From Chlorobiota bacterium (GTDB taxonomy: Bacteria > Bacteroidota > Ignavibacteria > OLB7): a DNA stretch of 64,000 nt. Numbering within the stretch: position 1 is the first letter of the stretch; each line of letters opens with the position of its first letter. The position numbers were made by a program, and so were the translations under genes. The notes below the pieces were generated by a model that was not told the origin of the DNA, made no database searches, and saw only the letters and a program-made list of their open reading frames with translations. The stretch covers positions 2,374,534 to 2,438,533 of the forward strand of contig CP065014.1 of assembly GCA_016700335.1 (NCBI GenBank). Direction: 5' to 3'. Positions 1 to 10,498 of this stretch are shown piece by piece.

Positions 1-1896
1 CTTTGCCCTAGTTATTGCAACATAACATAATCTTCTTTCTTCTTCTAATTCCTCTTGAACCATTGCTGTTTCCCCAACTGGGAACAATCCTTCTTCCATA
101 CCTGCAATTATTATAGTATCAAATTCAAGACCTTTCGCTGAATGAATTGTCATCATAGTAACTTTTTCAGCTGCTGAATCATAAGAATCAATATCAGCAA
201 TCAGAGCAACTTCTTGCAGATATTCCGACAAAGTTGCATTAGAATTCTTTTCATAAAAATCGGCTAAGTGAGATAAAATACTCTGAACATTTTCCCATCT
301 TGCAAGAGATTCAGGTGTCCCTTCGTCTTTATAGCTTTGCAACAAACCAGATTCGCTTAATATATTTCTGGCAGTATCAGTTGGAGGGAAAATTGAACTT
401 GTATATGACTCAATCATAAAAGCAAATTTCTTTATAGCATTAATAGTTCTGGAAGAAATATCTTTAATTCCATCACTAATTTTTGCTGCATCAAGAAGCG
501 AGATTCCCTTTTCATCTGCAAACGATTTTAACCTTTTTATAGAAACATCCCCAATTCCTCTTGATGGTACATTTATTATTCTGTTAAACGATTCGTTATC
601 ACGTTCATTAACAATCAATTTCAAATATGACAAAGCGTCTTTAACTTCCTTTCTTCTGTAAAATGGTACTCCACCTACAAGAGTATATGGAATACTAGAC
701 TTCCTCAAACCTTCTTCTATTGAAAATGATTGAGCATTTGTTCTATATAAGATTGCTATATTATTAAACGAAATTCTTGCATTTTGTTTTTTTCTAATTA
801 TTCTTACAATCTCTTCTGCTTCATCTTTTTCATCTTTTAAAGTAATTACTTTTAATTTTTCCCCTTCTTCATTTTCAGTCCATAATTTTTTGCTAATCTG
901 ATTTTTATTATTTTTAATAACACTATCAGCAGCAGCTAATATTGTTGAAGTTGACCTATAATTTTGTTCAAGCCTAACAATTTTAACATCGGAATAATCT
1001 CTTTCAAAATCTAGAATGTTTTTTATGTCAGCACCACGAAATTTATAAATAGATTGTGCATCATCACCAACAACACAAATGTTTTTGGATTTAGCTGCAA
1101 GCATATTAACTACAGTATATTGAGCTCTATTTGTATCTTGATATTCATCAATAACAATATATTTAAATTTATGTTGGTACTTTTCTAATACTTCAGGGAA
1201 CTTATCAAATAATTCGATTGTTCTAACTAATAAATCATCAAAATCCATAGCATTGTTTGCTTTGAGTTTTTTTTCATAGTCATCATAAACTAAAGCTATT
1301 TTTTCTTCCATAAAATCTTTTGCAAACCTTGAGTAATCATGAGGATTAATCATTGAGTTTTTTGCTGAAGAAATTCTAGAAGAAATTAATTTTGGCGAAA
1401 AATCTTGTGTTGAAATTGCATGAACAGTCATTAACTGCTTAATAACTGATTGTTGATCTTCAGTATCATAAATGGAGAAATTTGAAGTGAATCCAATTTT
1501 TTCTGCTTCAATTCTTAGAATTTTACCAAATACAGAATGAAAAGTACCCATCCATAAACTTTTTGAAGGATTTTCACCAACTAATTTGCAAATTCTTTCC
1601 TTCATTTCTGCAGCTGCTTTATTAGTAAAAGTAAGAGCTAAAATTGAATAAGCCGGTACTTTTTGATTTAACAAATATGCAATTCTATAAGTTAGAACTC
1701 GAGTTTTACCGGAACCAGCACCAGCAACAACAAGAACTGCACCATGTATTGTTTCAACTGCTTTACGTTGAAATTCATTAAGTCCTGCAAACAAGTCTGA
1801 ATCTAGCTTCAAAGGGCTTGGGTTATCATATAGAGGGAGTGAATATTCATTATCTTTTCCATCTTGAGTAACTCGTTTTATAATTATTTTTTGCAT
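1..1896 (-). CDS. uvrD: ATP-dependent DNA helicase, UvrD/PcrA/Rep family. Partial: the start is at 1896 and the C-terminus runs past the left edge of the window.
   Basis: The minus-strand translation from the ATG at 1894-1896 starts MQKIIIKRVTQDG. It carries Walker A (AGAGSGKTRVLTYRIAYL), the UvrD motifs TFTNKAAAEMKERI, VIDEYQDTN, GDDAQSIYKFRGAD and QNYRST, and the C-terminal MTIHSAKGLEFD...VAITRAK. The reading frame stays open through position 1. Confidence 0.85.
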   Translation of the reverse strand, partial: MQKIIIKRVTQDGKDNEYSLPLYDNPSPLKLDSDLFAGLNEFQRKAVETIHGAVLVVAGAGSGKTRVLTYRIAYLLNQKVPAYSILALTFTNKAAAEMKERICKLVGENPSKSLWMGTFHSVFGKILRIEAEKIGFTSNFSIYDTEDQQSVIKQLMTVHAISTQDFSPKLISSRISSAKNSMINPHDYSRFAKDFMEEKIALVYDDYEKKLKANNAMDFDDLLVRTIELFDKFPEVLEKYQHKFKYIVIDEYQDTNRAQYTVVNMLAAKSKNICVVGDDAQSIYKFRGADIKNILDFERDYSDVKIVRLEQNYRSTSTILAAADSVIKNNKNQISKKLWTENEEGEKLKVITLKDEKDEAEEIVRIIRKKQNARISFNNIAILYRTNAQSFSIEEGLRKSSIPYTLVGGVPFYRRKEVKDALSYLKLIVNERDNESFNRIINVPSRGIGDVSIKRLKSFADEKGISLLDAAKISDGIKDISSRTINAIKKFAFMIESYTSSIFPPTDTARNILSESGLLQSYKDEGTPESLARWENVQSILSHLADFYEKNSNATLSEYLQEVALIADIDSYDSAAEKVTMMTIHSAKGLEFDTIIIAGMEEGLFPVGETAMVQEELEEERRLCYVAITRAK

Positions 1897-1971
1897 TAAA
1901 TTTAAATAAATAAAAAGGTCAAATCTTTTGTCAATTAAAGTATAAAATCATCAATCTGAAATCACATTTTG

Positions 1972-2541
1972 TTAAGTCTTTTTATTAATTAACGCCTTTT
2001 TGCGAATTATAAATCTGATTATAAAAAATGCGAGAATTATAACTACTATAATTGCTAAAGTAGGAATAAATATAGCCAAGAAAGAAATAGAAACTGCACC
2101 AACAGTTTCACCAGTTGAAACAACGTTATTACCTACTCCAGCAGTTGATACAGTAGATAATCCTCTTAGTGCTACTGAAGTTCCTTGAAAGAGTCCTGCA
2201 ATTCCTCCGCCTGCAATGACTGCTAAAGTCCACCTCATATAAGGCGGCAAATCGAAAGCAACCGAAGCTGTAAGAATCATTCCAGCAATAACAGCCAAAG
2301 GTGATGCAACTAAATCTAGTGCGTGATCTAATATCGGAATATAATATGCACCAACTTCTAAAACTGCTGCAATTGAAAAACCAATTAAGCAAATATCTGT
2401 ACTAATCCACGAGAAATCTTGACCTAAATGAATCCATCCAAATTTAGATCCAATGCTTGTAATAGTCATAGGCATAAAAACTCTATACCCACAAGCTGCA
2501 CTTAAGCCAACACCAATTAATATGCTTAAAATAATATCCAT
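1972..2541 (-). CDS. Polytopic membrane protein, DUF4126-like
   Basis: The 189-aa product is very hydrophobic and Gly-rich, with four or five predicted TM helices (GYRVFMPMT, AGGGIAGLF) and a basic C-terminal tail. The family assignment is from memory only. Confidence 0.45.
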   Translation of the reverse strand: MDIILSILIGVGLSAACGYRVFMPMTITSIGSKFGWIHLGQDFSWISTDICLIGFSIAAVLEVGAYYIPILDHALDLVASPLAVIAGMILTASVAFDLPPYMRWTLAVIAGGGIAGLFQGTSVALRGLSTVSTAGVGNNVVSTGETVGAVSISFLAIFIPTLAIIVVIILAFFIIRFIIRKKALINKKT

Positions 2542-2568
2542 TTAAAAATAAATTATTAATTCAAAAGT

Positions 2569-3933
2569 TTAATATTTTGAATATTCTTCAAGAAAAAGAT
2601 AACAACTTTTAATACCTAAAAGATAAGTTGGTAAGTGCATATTTTCATTTGGAGAGTGAGCATTTTGATCTGGAAGACCAAATCCCATAAGTACAACTGG
2701 AGCATTAAGAACTCTTTCAAAATCTGCAACAATAGGAATTGAACCTCCGCTACGAATTAAATAGGGTTCAGTATTAAATGCTAATCTTAATGCATTTAAT
2801 GCTGCTTTCATTGGTATTGAATCTGTAGGAGTTAATGCTGGTGGACCACCATGTAATTCTATTACCTCAACAGTAACTCCAATTGGAGTATTTGATTTAA
2901 TAAACTCATTAAATTGAGAATATACCTTTTTATAATCTTGATTTGCAACTAGCCTCATTGATATTTTTGCTGAAGCTTTTGATGGTAAAACTGTTTTTGC
3001 TCCTTCACCTTGATATCCTCCCCATATACCGCATAGATCAAGTGTTGGTCTAGCCCAAAGCCTTTCTAAATCGGTGTACCCTTTTTCTCCATTAGTTGTT
3101 TTAATCTCTAATAAATTTTTAAAGTCCTCAACATTATAAGGTAATCTAGCTAGTTCTTTATGCTCTTCTTCCGAAACTTCAACAACATCATCATAAAAAC
3201 CTGGAATTGAAATTCTTTCATTTTCGTCTTTCATATTTGCGACCATTTTACAAAGTGCATTTAATGGGTTAACAATTGCTCCACCAAACATACCACTATG
3301 TAAATCTCTATTAGGACCATAAACATGAAGTTCAAGATAAGCTAAACCACGAAGACCGTATGTCAATGAAGGCATATTATAATCATGCATGGTAGTATCA
3401 GAAATCATAACAGAGTTGCAGGATAATAACTCTTTATTTTTTTCTAAAAATGAAACTAAGCTTGGTGATCCAATCTCTTCTTCACCCTCAATAATGAATT
3501 TTACATTTACTGGTAATTTTCCTTCAGTTTTTATTAATGCTTCAACTGATTTAATGTGCATATGCACCTGACCTTTATCATCAATTGAACCTCTAGCAAA
3601 AATATGTTCTCCTCTAACTTCAGCTTCAAAAGCTGGTGAAGTCCACAGATTAAGTGGGTCTGGTGGTTGAACATCATAATGACCATATATTAAAACTGTC
3701 TGTTTCCCTTCAGCATGAAGCCAATCTGCATATACTACTGGATTTCCATCAGTTTCCATTATAGCAACATTTTCCATTCCTGCATTTTTTAACATTTCCG
3801 ATGTAAAATCAGCAGCTAATCTGGTTTGAGAATTATAATTAGAGTCAGCTGAAATTGATGGAATTTTTAAATAATTTTTTAACTCTTCAATATAATTGTT
3901 GAAGTTTTCATCAATATAATTTGATGTTTTCAT
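2569..3933 (-). CDS. M20-family metallopeptidase (dipeptidase/ArgE/DapE-like)
   Basis: The 454-aa product carries the M20 metal-binding and catalytic motifs YGHYDVQPP, RGSIDDKGQ and IEGEEEIGS. Its size matches the Sapep/PepV-like dipeptidases. Confidence 0.8.
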   Translation of the reverse strand: MKTSNYIDENFNNYIEELKNYLKIPSISADSNYNSQTRLAADFTSEMLKNAGMENVAIMETDGNPVVYADWLHAEGKQTVLIYGHYDVQPPDPLNLWTSPAFEAEVRGEHIFARGSIDDKGQVHMHIKSVEALIKTEGKLPVNVKFIIEGEEEIGSPSLVSFLEKNKELLSCNSVMISDTTMHDYNMPSLTYGLRGLAYLELHVYGPNRDLHSGMFGGAIVNPLNALCKMVANMKDENERISIPGFYDDVVEVSEEEHKELARLPYNVEDFKNLLEIKTTNGEKGYTDLERLWARPTLDLCGIWGGYQGEGAKTVLPSKASAKISMRLVANQDYKKVYSQFNEFIKSNTPIGVTVEVIELHGGPPALTPTDSIPMKAALNALRLAFNTEPYLIRSGGSIPIVADFERVLNAPVVLMGFGLPDQNAHSPNENMHLPTYLLGIKSCYLFLEEYSKY

Positions 3934-4028
3934 TTTAAATGATTTTTTTATAAATTATAAATTGGAACAGTAGTTGTTCATTTATTTTTTTTTTAAATAT
4001 TTATTTTTACTAATTTTCTAACTTACTA

Positions 4029-4901
4029 TTATTTTTTTTGAGCCCAAAGAATTCTAGGAATTTTTGATAAATCATCTAATACTGAAATAGTAGAAAATTC
4101 ATTTGAATCATTAAAAATATTTTGCAATTCAATTGATTGACCAAAACCAATTTCTAGAAACAAGTTTCCACTATGCCTCAACAAATATTTTGAAACTTGT
4201 AAAAATCTTTTATAGAACATAAATCCATCAGCTCTATCAGTAAGTGCAATTTGAGGCTCAAAGTCTCTTACTTCAATTTGAAGAGTGGAAATATCATTTT
4301 TAGAAATGTAAGGTGGATTAGAAATTATCAAATCAAATGATCCTAAACTTTTCAAAGCATTATCATCAAAGAAATCTATACAAAAAAATGAAACATTATT
4401 AGCATTTAAGCTCTTACTATTTTCTTTGGCAACTTCAATTGCTTTACTTGAAACATCAATTGCAACAACCTCAGTTTCTGTGCGTTCTAACGAATAAGTA
4501 ATTGCAATACAACCTGAACCAGTACCAACATCTAAACATCGAATTGGATTGCCACTTCTTCTAATTGCTTCTTCTACTAAAATCTCAGTCTCTGGTCTTG
4601 GAATTAGCACATTGGGGGTTACTTTGAATACCCTTCTATAAAAATGCTCTTCTTCAAGTATATATTGAATTGGTTCTCTATTAACTCTTCTATTTATATA
4701 TCCTTTTAATTTCGATAATTCATCTAATAGTAATGGTCTTTCAAATTGTATGTAAAGTTCAAATCTTGTAACATTCAAAACATTAGAAAGCAATAACTCA
4801 ATTGTTAATCTTGGTGAGTCAATACCCTTCTCTTTTAGATAGCCACTCCCCCATTTGATTATTTTTATTACAGTCCAAATTACATCTTTGTTCTTTTCCA
4901 A
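4029..4901 (-). CDS. prmC: Release factor glutamine N5-methyltransferase PrmC (HemK)
   Basis: The 290-aa product has the NPPY motif (LIISNPPYISKND) and the SAM-binding motif LDVGTGSGCIAI. Confidence 0.85.
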   Translation of the reverse strand: MEKNKDVIWTVIKIIKWGSGYLKEKGIDSPRLTIELLLSNVLNVTRFELYIQFERPLLLDELSKLKGYINRRVNREPIQYILEEEHFYRRVFKVTPNVLIPRPETEILVEEAIRRSGNPIRCLDVGTGSGCIAITYSLERTETEVVAIDVSSKAIEVAKENSKSLNANNVSFFCIDFFDDNALKSLGSFDLIISNPPYISKNDISTLQIEVRDFEPQIALTDRADGFMFYKRFLQVSKYLLRHSGNLFLEIGFGQSIELQNIFNDSNEFSTISVLDDLSKIPRILWAQKK

Positions 4902-4978
4902 TTTAATCTAAGTTAAAAGATTTAGAAGTTAAAAACAAATTAATATTAAGATATTTATAATAAATATTTTATATAAAA

Positions 4979-5752
4979 TTATTTTTCATTTAAATATTCC
5001 TTACAAGTTTTGAACTCAGAAAATTCGGAAATATAGTTCAAAAATAAATCAAATTTGTTCAATAAATCATCTCCATTAACAAGATTAATATACCAAGGTA
5101 ATTTATAATTACTGATATCTGAAAACTCCCAAGGATGAATATAAAAAACAAACAATCCGTTGTTAATAATACTTCTAAACAATAGTTTACTTAGAAATAA
5201 AGGTAAATTCTTAAATGTTAACCAAAACAAGGGGATTCTAAAAACTTGTGTAACTGAACTGGGTATAATATTTACACCATTTTTATTAAATGGTGTTATT
5301 GGGCTTTTCAAATTGTTATAACGTCCTGGTAACCAAGTAGGGTTTAAAGAAGCATCATAATTGTATCCAGAACTTACTAATAAATTGTAGTCAACTTTTC
5401 TCAATCTTGGCATCCTAAAACCATGAATTCTTTTTTTAATTATACCCTCTAAAACTTCTTTTGATTTTATATAATCATCTTCACTAAAATTAGAATGGCT
5501 AAAAGAATGAGATGCAATTTCATGATTTTGAGATAACTTTATTACTTGCTCAGGAAAATTTACAGCATAATTTGCTGTTGTAAAAATTGTAGAATTAACT
5601 TTGTATTTTTCCAACAACTTAGATAACTTTTCCATACCATTGAATGAAATTTCATATTGAGTTTGTTGATTAATACTTTTAGCATTGTACTCTAATGGAA
5701 TATCAAATTCTTCTAAATCGCAAGTTATAAGAACTGGGATTTTTTTATTCAT
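4979..5752 (-). CDS. Polysaccharide deacetylase (CE4-like) family protein
   Basis: The 257-aa product has ITCDLEEFDIP, resembling the FTVDVEDWF motif of DUF3473/CE4 deacetylases, and a His-rich SHSFSHS. Its start overlaps the upstream GT2 stop. Confidence 0.5.
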   Translation of the reverse strand: MNKKIPVLITCDLEEFDIPLEYNAKSINQQTQYEISFNGMEKLSKLLEKYKVNSTIFTTANYAVNFPEQVIKLSQNHEIASHSFSHSNFSEDDYIKSKEVLEGIIKKRIHGFRMPRLRKVDYNLLVSSGYNYDASLNPTWLPGRYNNLKSPITPFNKNGVNIIPSSVTQVFRIPLFWLTFKNLPLFLSKLLFRSIINNGLFVFYIHPWEFSDISNYKLPWYINLVNGDDLLNKFDLFLNYISEFSEFKTCKEYLNEK

Positions 5753-6474
5753 TAATCTTTGAATAACTTTTTAACATTTAATAATTCTGAAAACAATACT
5801 TTAAATTTGAAATTCTTAAAATGTAAACCTTTACGACAGTTTATAGGTATCTCTTTAATCATACATGAATTATTTTTTGCTTTAACTACAAATTCAGTAT
5901 CAAATAAAAAACCATTAATTTTAGTTGATAGAAAGCTTTCAAGTCCTTTTTTATTAAACACCTTAAACCCAGCTTGAGTATCACTATTTGTTAGGTTTAA
6001 TATATACTTATTAACTGACCTTTGAGAAAAAGAAATTAGTTTTCTAAAAAATGGTAATTGTTTGAAATAGTCATTTCCACGATTCCCCAAAATAAGATCA
6101 TTATTTTCTAAAAGTGCAAATGCCTTAACAAATGGTTCAATACCAAAAGGAAAATCCCAATCAGAATATGCAAAATGTCCAGATGAATTTTTTACAATTT
6201 CAAATCCATATCTTAAAGCAAAACCTTTTCCTTTATTCCCAAAATAATGGTGAAGATTAATATTTAAATTTTCAAAAACATATAACTCATTTAAAGAGTG
6301 ATCATCAGAAAATTTTTCACCATCATTAATGATATGAACATTTAAAGAACAATTGTTAAAACTATTTATTAATTCATGACAATCAGTAATAACAGTTTCC
6401 AACCATTTATCAGGTGGATTATGAATTGGAAGTACTAATGAATAATTTGTTTTTGGATTATTTTGCATTACCAA
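5752..6474 (-). CDS. Family 2 glycosyltransferase
   Basis: The 240-aa product has a GT2 Rossmann pattern: LVLPIHNPP, IINDGEKFSDD, NKGKGFALRYG, the DxD-like SDWDFP, and TQAGFKVF. It has no TM region. Confidence 0.6.
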   Translation of the reverse strand: MVMQNNPKTNYSLVLPIHNPPDKWLETVITDCHELINSFNNCSLNVHIINDGEKFSDDHSLNELYVFENLNINLHHYFGNKGKGFALRYGFEIVKNSSGHFAYSDWDFPFGIEPFVKAFALLENNDLILGNRGNDYFKQLPFFRKLISFSQRSVNKYILNLTNSDTQAGFKVFNKKGLESFLSTKINGFLFDTEFVVKAKNNSCMIKEIPINCRKGLHFKNFKFKVLFSELLNVKKLFKD

Positions 6475-7642
6475 ATTGAAAGTATTTTCTTAATGATAAA
6501 TTAATTTCATTATAGTAAATCGATAACAGAACAGGCAACAAAGCAACAGGTTTTAAAACATAATTTTTTTGGATATTTTTCAAAATTTTTGGAGCAAGAT
6601 CTGAAGGTAAAATTGCTATTATTATAAAAGCAAATATAAATATACAGATATTTATTCTGGACTTAGAAGTATTTACAAACCACAAATACAAAGCCAATAA
6701 ACCAATAAAATAAGTAGCTGATTCACTTGCTCTATTGAATAATACAATCCATATCAACAAAAATATTAAACTTACAAATCTACTATCAAAATCCAACTCA
6801 TTAGATCTAAACCACTGAGAAATAATAAACGTAATCAATAAAAAGGCTCCAAAGATTAAGATTGGTATTTCACAATTACTCCACCCTAAAACAACTTCAC
6901 AAAAGCCTGCCAATGAAACATGTTCAATAATATTACTTCCAATAATTACATCAAACCAAGATTTATAAATTATAATTAGATTATCAAAACCAACAAACAA
7001 ACCTGGTAATAATGAGATTACAAAAGTTAGAATTATAGCATTTAAAACTATTTTCCATTTGTTTGAATAATTTATAAAAAGCAGTCCAACAATTCCACCA
7101 ACACCTTTAATACAAAAACCTAAAACCGAAAATAATGATGATTTAAAATTCTCATTTTTTTCAAAAGAAACAAAACTAAATATCATTAAAGCAGCAATTA
7201 ATGAATTGCTTTGACAGTATCTAATGTTTGTACTTAAACCAAAAAATAATAGAAAATAAATTAAAGTAGTTTTTGCTTTAGTAAGTTCTATTTTTTTTAT
7301 AGAAAAAAGAATTATCCAGGTATTAAACAACAACCAACAGAGCAAACCAAACTTAACAGGGAGTAAAGAAAACAGGGCAAACAATATTGAAAAAACTGGG
7401 TTGTATAGAAATACATCGGAATGCTCAGAAGGGTATTCAATATATAAATCTTTACTTTGAACTAAATGGAAATATGAACTTCTAAAAACTGAATAGTTAT
7501 TATATTTTTCTGGATTTTTAGATAATTGGAACCATATAATAATAGTAATAATTAAGTGAATACATGTAATTACTTTAATAGTATTCTTATTATTTAAGAT
7601 TTGAATTATTTCAGATTTCATAATAAAAAAAGGTTTAAGCAA
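6458..7642 (-). CDS. Polytopic membrane protein, GT-C-like (DUF2029/GT87-like) putative glycosyltransferase
   Basis: The 394-aa product has about 10 TM helices. It overlaps the downstream GT2 gene by 17 nt, which suggests translational coupling. The family call is tentative. Confidence 0.35.
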   Translation of the reverse strand: MLKPFFIMKSEIIQILNNKNTIKVITCIHLIITIIIWFQLSKNPEKYNNYSVFRSSYFHLVQSKDLYIEYPSEHSDVFLYNPVFSILFALFSLLPVKFGLLCWLLFNTWIILFSIKKIELTKAKTTLIYFLLFFGLSTNIRYCQSNSLIAALMIFSFVSFEKNENFKSSLFSVLGFCIKGVGGIVGLLFINYSNKWKIVLNAIILTFVISLLPGLFVGFDNLIIIYKSWFDVIIGSNIIEHVSLAGFCEVVLGWSNCEIPILIFGAFLLITFIISQWFRSNELDFDSRFVSLIFLLIWIVLFNRASESATYFIGLLALYLWFVNTSKSRINICIFIFAFIIIAILPSDLAPKILKNIQKNYVLKPVALLPVLLSIYYNEINLSLRKYFQFGNAK

Positions 7643-7687
7643 ACAACAATTATTTGAATGCTCAAACCCTAATTAATTGAAAATATA

Positions 7688-8632
7688 TTATTTATTTACA
7701 ACAATTTTACCTAATGGAATAACACCTTTTAAAGTATTAAATTTGAGAAAGTAAACTCCTGATAACAAATCTGATGTAAGTAAATGTGAGTTAAATATAT
7801 TATTACTTTCAAGTTCTGATTCCATATTTAAAACTAAATTACCTTTTGAATCATAAAATTCTATATTCCCTTTTGATATAGATTTGTCTTTAAGAACCAA
7901 GCTAATTTTAGCTTCATTTGTTACTGGATTAGGTGAAACATAGAACTCTTGTAAAGTGCTGGCTGCTTCGATGTGAACTCCTAAAACTGGTGCAGCAATT
8001 CTCTGACAAAATGCTTTTCCATCTGATCCTCCAACTATACAATTTAATGATGAATCTGGACCACCAGAATAACTAACACTCCAAATTGGCTGATTGTAGT
8101 TAAAGCCCGATACAGCATTGGCAGAATCACCCTGAATTTTACCATCTGCTAAAAATATAAATCCTGCACCAACTGTTGGTCTTTCAATTTTAAAACGTTT
8201 GAATGCTGTATCTAACTTTAATTGAGCAACCATTTTATCGCTGTTAATATATGGGAGTTTCATATTAAGTTCAATAATCGAACTTTGAGGAATTGGAATT
8301 GGTAATGCGAAAGATTGAACTAGCAATCCAGCTAAAGCTACGATAACAGTGATATTATCATTTTTAATTTCAGAATGATAAACATAAACCCACATAGTTG
8401 CAGTTCCATTTTTATCATTAAAATCTAATTTAATTCCACTAAATTCTTGCCCACCAACAGTTCCTCCAGCTATTAAAACAACATCACCTGCTAATGAATC
8501 AACAGCAAATTTCTTAGATGCTGCAATACCATCTTTAAATGAAGTTCCAAATTGAGCCTCAGTTTTATAAACTCCTAATAAAAAGGATATAATTGATAAA
8601 GCAATAAAAAAAAATTTTCGGTTTGTTCTCAT
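7688..8632 (-). CDS. Secreted protein with a T9SS C-terminal sorting domain
   Basis: The product has an N-terminal signal peptide (MRTNRKFFFIALSIISFLLGVYKTEAQ). Its C-terminus (EFYDSKGNLVLNM...SGVYFLKFNTLKGVIPLGKIVVNK) matches a type A Por secretion-system CTD. Confidence 0.6.
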   Translation of the reverse strand: MRTNRKFFFIALSIISFLLGVYKTEAQFGTSFKDGIAASKKFAVDSLAGDVVLIAGGTVGGQEFSGIKLDFNDKNGTATMWVYVYHSEIKNDNITVIVALAGLLVQSFALPIPIPQSSIIELNMKLPYINSDKMVAQLKLDTAFKRFKIERPTVGAGFIFLADGKIQGDSANAVSGFNYNQPIWSVSYSGGPDSSLNCIVGGSDGKAFCQRIAAPVLGVHIEAASTLQEFYVSPNPVTNEAKISLVLKDKSISKGNIEFYDSKGNLVLNMESELESNNIFNSHLLTSDLLSGVYFLKFNTLKGVIPLGKIVVNK

Positions 8633-8809
8633 ATTTATATTTATGCAAAAATAGATGTTAAAAAAAATATACTTTCAAAGATAATTGATAGGTTTGAAAT
8701 ATTTTATGTAAATAATTTTTCATAAATTCAAATCTTAAAAATTGAATTATTTTTTAAATTTAAATTGTAATTTATTGTTATTAGTATGATATTATGATTT
8801 TCTATAAAA

Positions 8810-9214
8810 ATGAAACCATTAAAGATTGGAAGAACTTTTGAATTAAAAATTCTAATAGATAAAGGGATGACAGCAAAATTTTTTGATTGCGAAATACATC
8901 CTCTTTACTCAACTTTTGATATTGTTAAACACTCTGAATATGCTGGAAGAATGGCTATATTACAGTCTCTAGAGCCGAATGAAGACGCTATTGGTTCTTC
9001 AGTTTACATTGATCATATTAATACAGCAATTGTTGGTGATATTGTTAAGATAAAAGCAGAGGTTGTTGAAATTGATTTAAATATCATTAAATGTAATATA
9101 ACAGTTACTTCAATTTCTGGTGAAACAATCGCTTTAGGATTTACTAAACAAAAAGTTGTTAACAAACAAAAATTATCTAAAAAGATAAAAGAATTATATA
9201 AATCAAAATTGTAA
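8810..9214 (+). CDS. Hypothetical protein, possibly a hotdog-fold thioesterase
   Basis: The 134-aa ORF has a clean start and stop. Its similarity to 4HBT/FlK-type thioesterases is weak and unverified. Confidence 0.3.
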   Translation: MKPLKIGRTFELKILIDKGMTAKFFDCEIHPLYSTFDIVKHSEYAGRMAILQSLEPNEDAIGSSVYIDHINTAIVGDIVKIKAEVVEIDLNIIKCNITVTSISGETIALGFTKQKVVNKQKLSKKIKELYKSKL

Positions 9215-9257
9215 TATCCCAAAAAATAAGTATATAAAGAATAAAAATTAATTTTAT

Positions 9258-10313
9258 TTATACTCCAAATACCCAATAAAGCATAACTGCTAATGTTTCT
9301 CGTAGATAATAAAATAATTTATTCTTAGGTTTTAATGGTGAGATAGATTCTACAAATGAAGCGTTCAAACCGTTAAATATAGTTATTTGATATAGTCTGA
9401 ACAAATGAAAATCATCTGATACGAAAATAATTCTTTTGTATCCCATTAACATTTTATTGTCTCTAATATAAAGTACTTGCTGAAGTGTTGAATGTGTTTC
9501 ATTTTCATAAACTATTCTTTCAGGATCCGCACCCAACTTTATCAGTTCATTATATGCAACAACTGACTCCGCTTTTTCAAGTGGTGCATTACTTCCAGTT
9601 AAAACAATTAATCCAACTTTATCTTTCTTTAATAAATCATAGGCTTTTAAATATCTTTGTTTTAATACAGGGCTTGGAATGTTATTGCTCCAAACTGCTG
9701 CTCCTGGAACTACAGCTATATCATATCTTTCATTCTGATATTTGAATTTATAAAAATATACAAAGAGTAAAACTGAAATTGATATTATAAATAAAATTTT
9801 TAAATATTTTTTAAGGATCGAACTTAAAATATTAAAATAATTAATGTTTGAAGATTTATTTAAAACTTTAACAAATGAGTACTCAAATATTTTCAAAAAC
9901 AAAAAAGATGCATAAACTTTTAGAATCTCATTGTTAGCGTACCAGTAGTTTTTATGATTAATTGAAATTACATCTGGTTGGAAATTACTTATTGCTAATA
10001 ATGAAACTAATGATATTACAAATAGAATTATAACTAAAAATATTTTTTTTTGATTTTTCCAAAAACTAATTAAATTCATAATTAAAATTATACTCGAAAC
10101 AAAAACAATAACATTTCCTATTTCAAATAAGTTGAAGTAATTTGGCTTTAAACTCTGAAACCCATACCTAAGAAATGTTGTCTGAAAATAGCATAAAACC
10201 TCTAGTATAATGCATAGGGAAATTAATAATAACAGAGTCCATTTTCTATTATTTTTATTTTGATTTAAATTTTCATTAATGTTGGGTTGTTCAATTACAA
10301 TTTTTCCACGCAT
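9258..10313 (-). CDS. Membrane-anchored DUF218 (YdcF/SanA/ElyC-like) protein
   Basis: The N-terminus has about 5 TM helices. The C-terminal domain (YDIAVVPGAAVWSNNIPSPVLKQRYLKAYDLLKKDKVGLIVLTGS...IIFVSDDFHLFR) matches the DUF218 fold. Confidence 0.65.
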   Translation of the reverse strand: MRGKIVIEQPNINENLNQNKNNRKWTLLLLISLCIILEVLCYFQTTFLRYGFQSLKPNYFNLFEIGNVIVFVSSIILIMNLISFWKNQKKIFLVIILFVISLVSLLAISNFQPDVISINHKNYWYANNEILKVYASFLFLKIFEYSFVKVLNKSSNINYFNILSSILKKYLKILFIISISVLLFVYFYKFKYQNERYDIAVVPGAAVWSNNIPSPVLKQRYLKAYDLLKKDKVGLIVLTGSNAPLEKAESVVAYNELIKLGADPERIVYENETHSTLQQVLYIRDNKMLMGYKRIIFVSDDFHLFRLYQITIFNGLNASFVESISPLKPKNKLFYYLRETLAVMLYWVFGV

Positions 10314-10498
10314 ATATTATTAAATAGTTTTTCCTACTAATTTATATTTACAAAGGTAAGTTAAATTCAATTTGTAAGTTGTTTAAGTTAATACTTTTAC
10401 AATAGTTTAAAAACTACATCGTTATATCAGATAATTATGTCCGATTATATGAACTTCAAGTATATTTTATCTAAAATAATTTCAATCAAACATTTATT

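Noticed and set aside
10314-10498. A search for an NsrR/Rrf2-type palindromic operator upstream of ytfE
   Set aside because: I found only imperfect, AT-rich pseudo-symmetry (atatcagataat...gattatat) with no exact inverted repeat. It is not reportable as a site.
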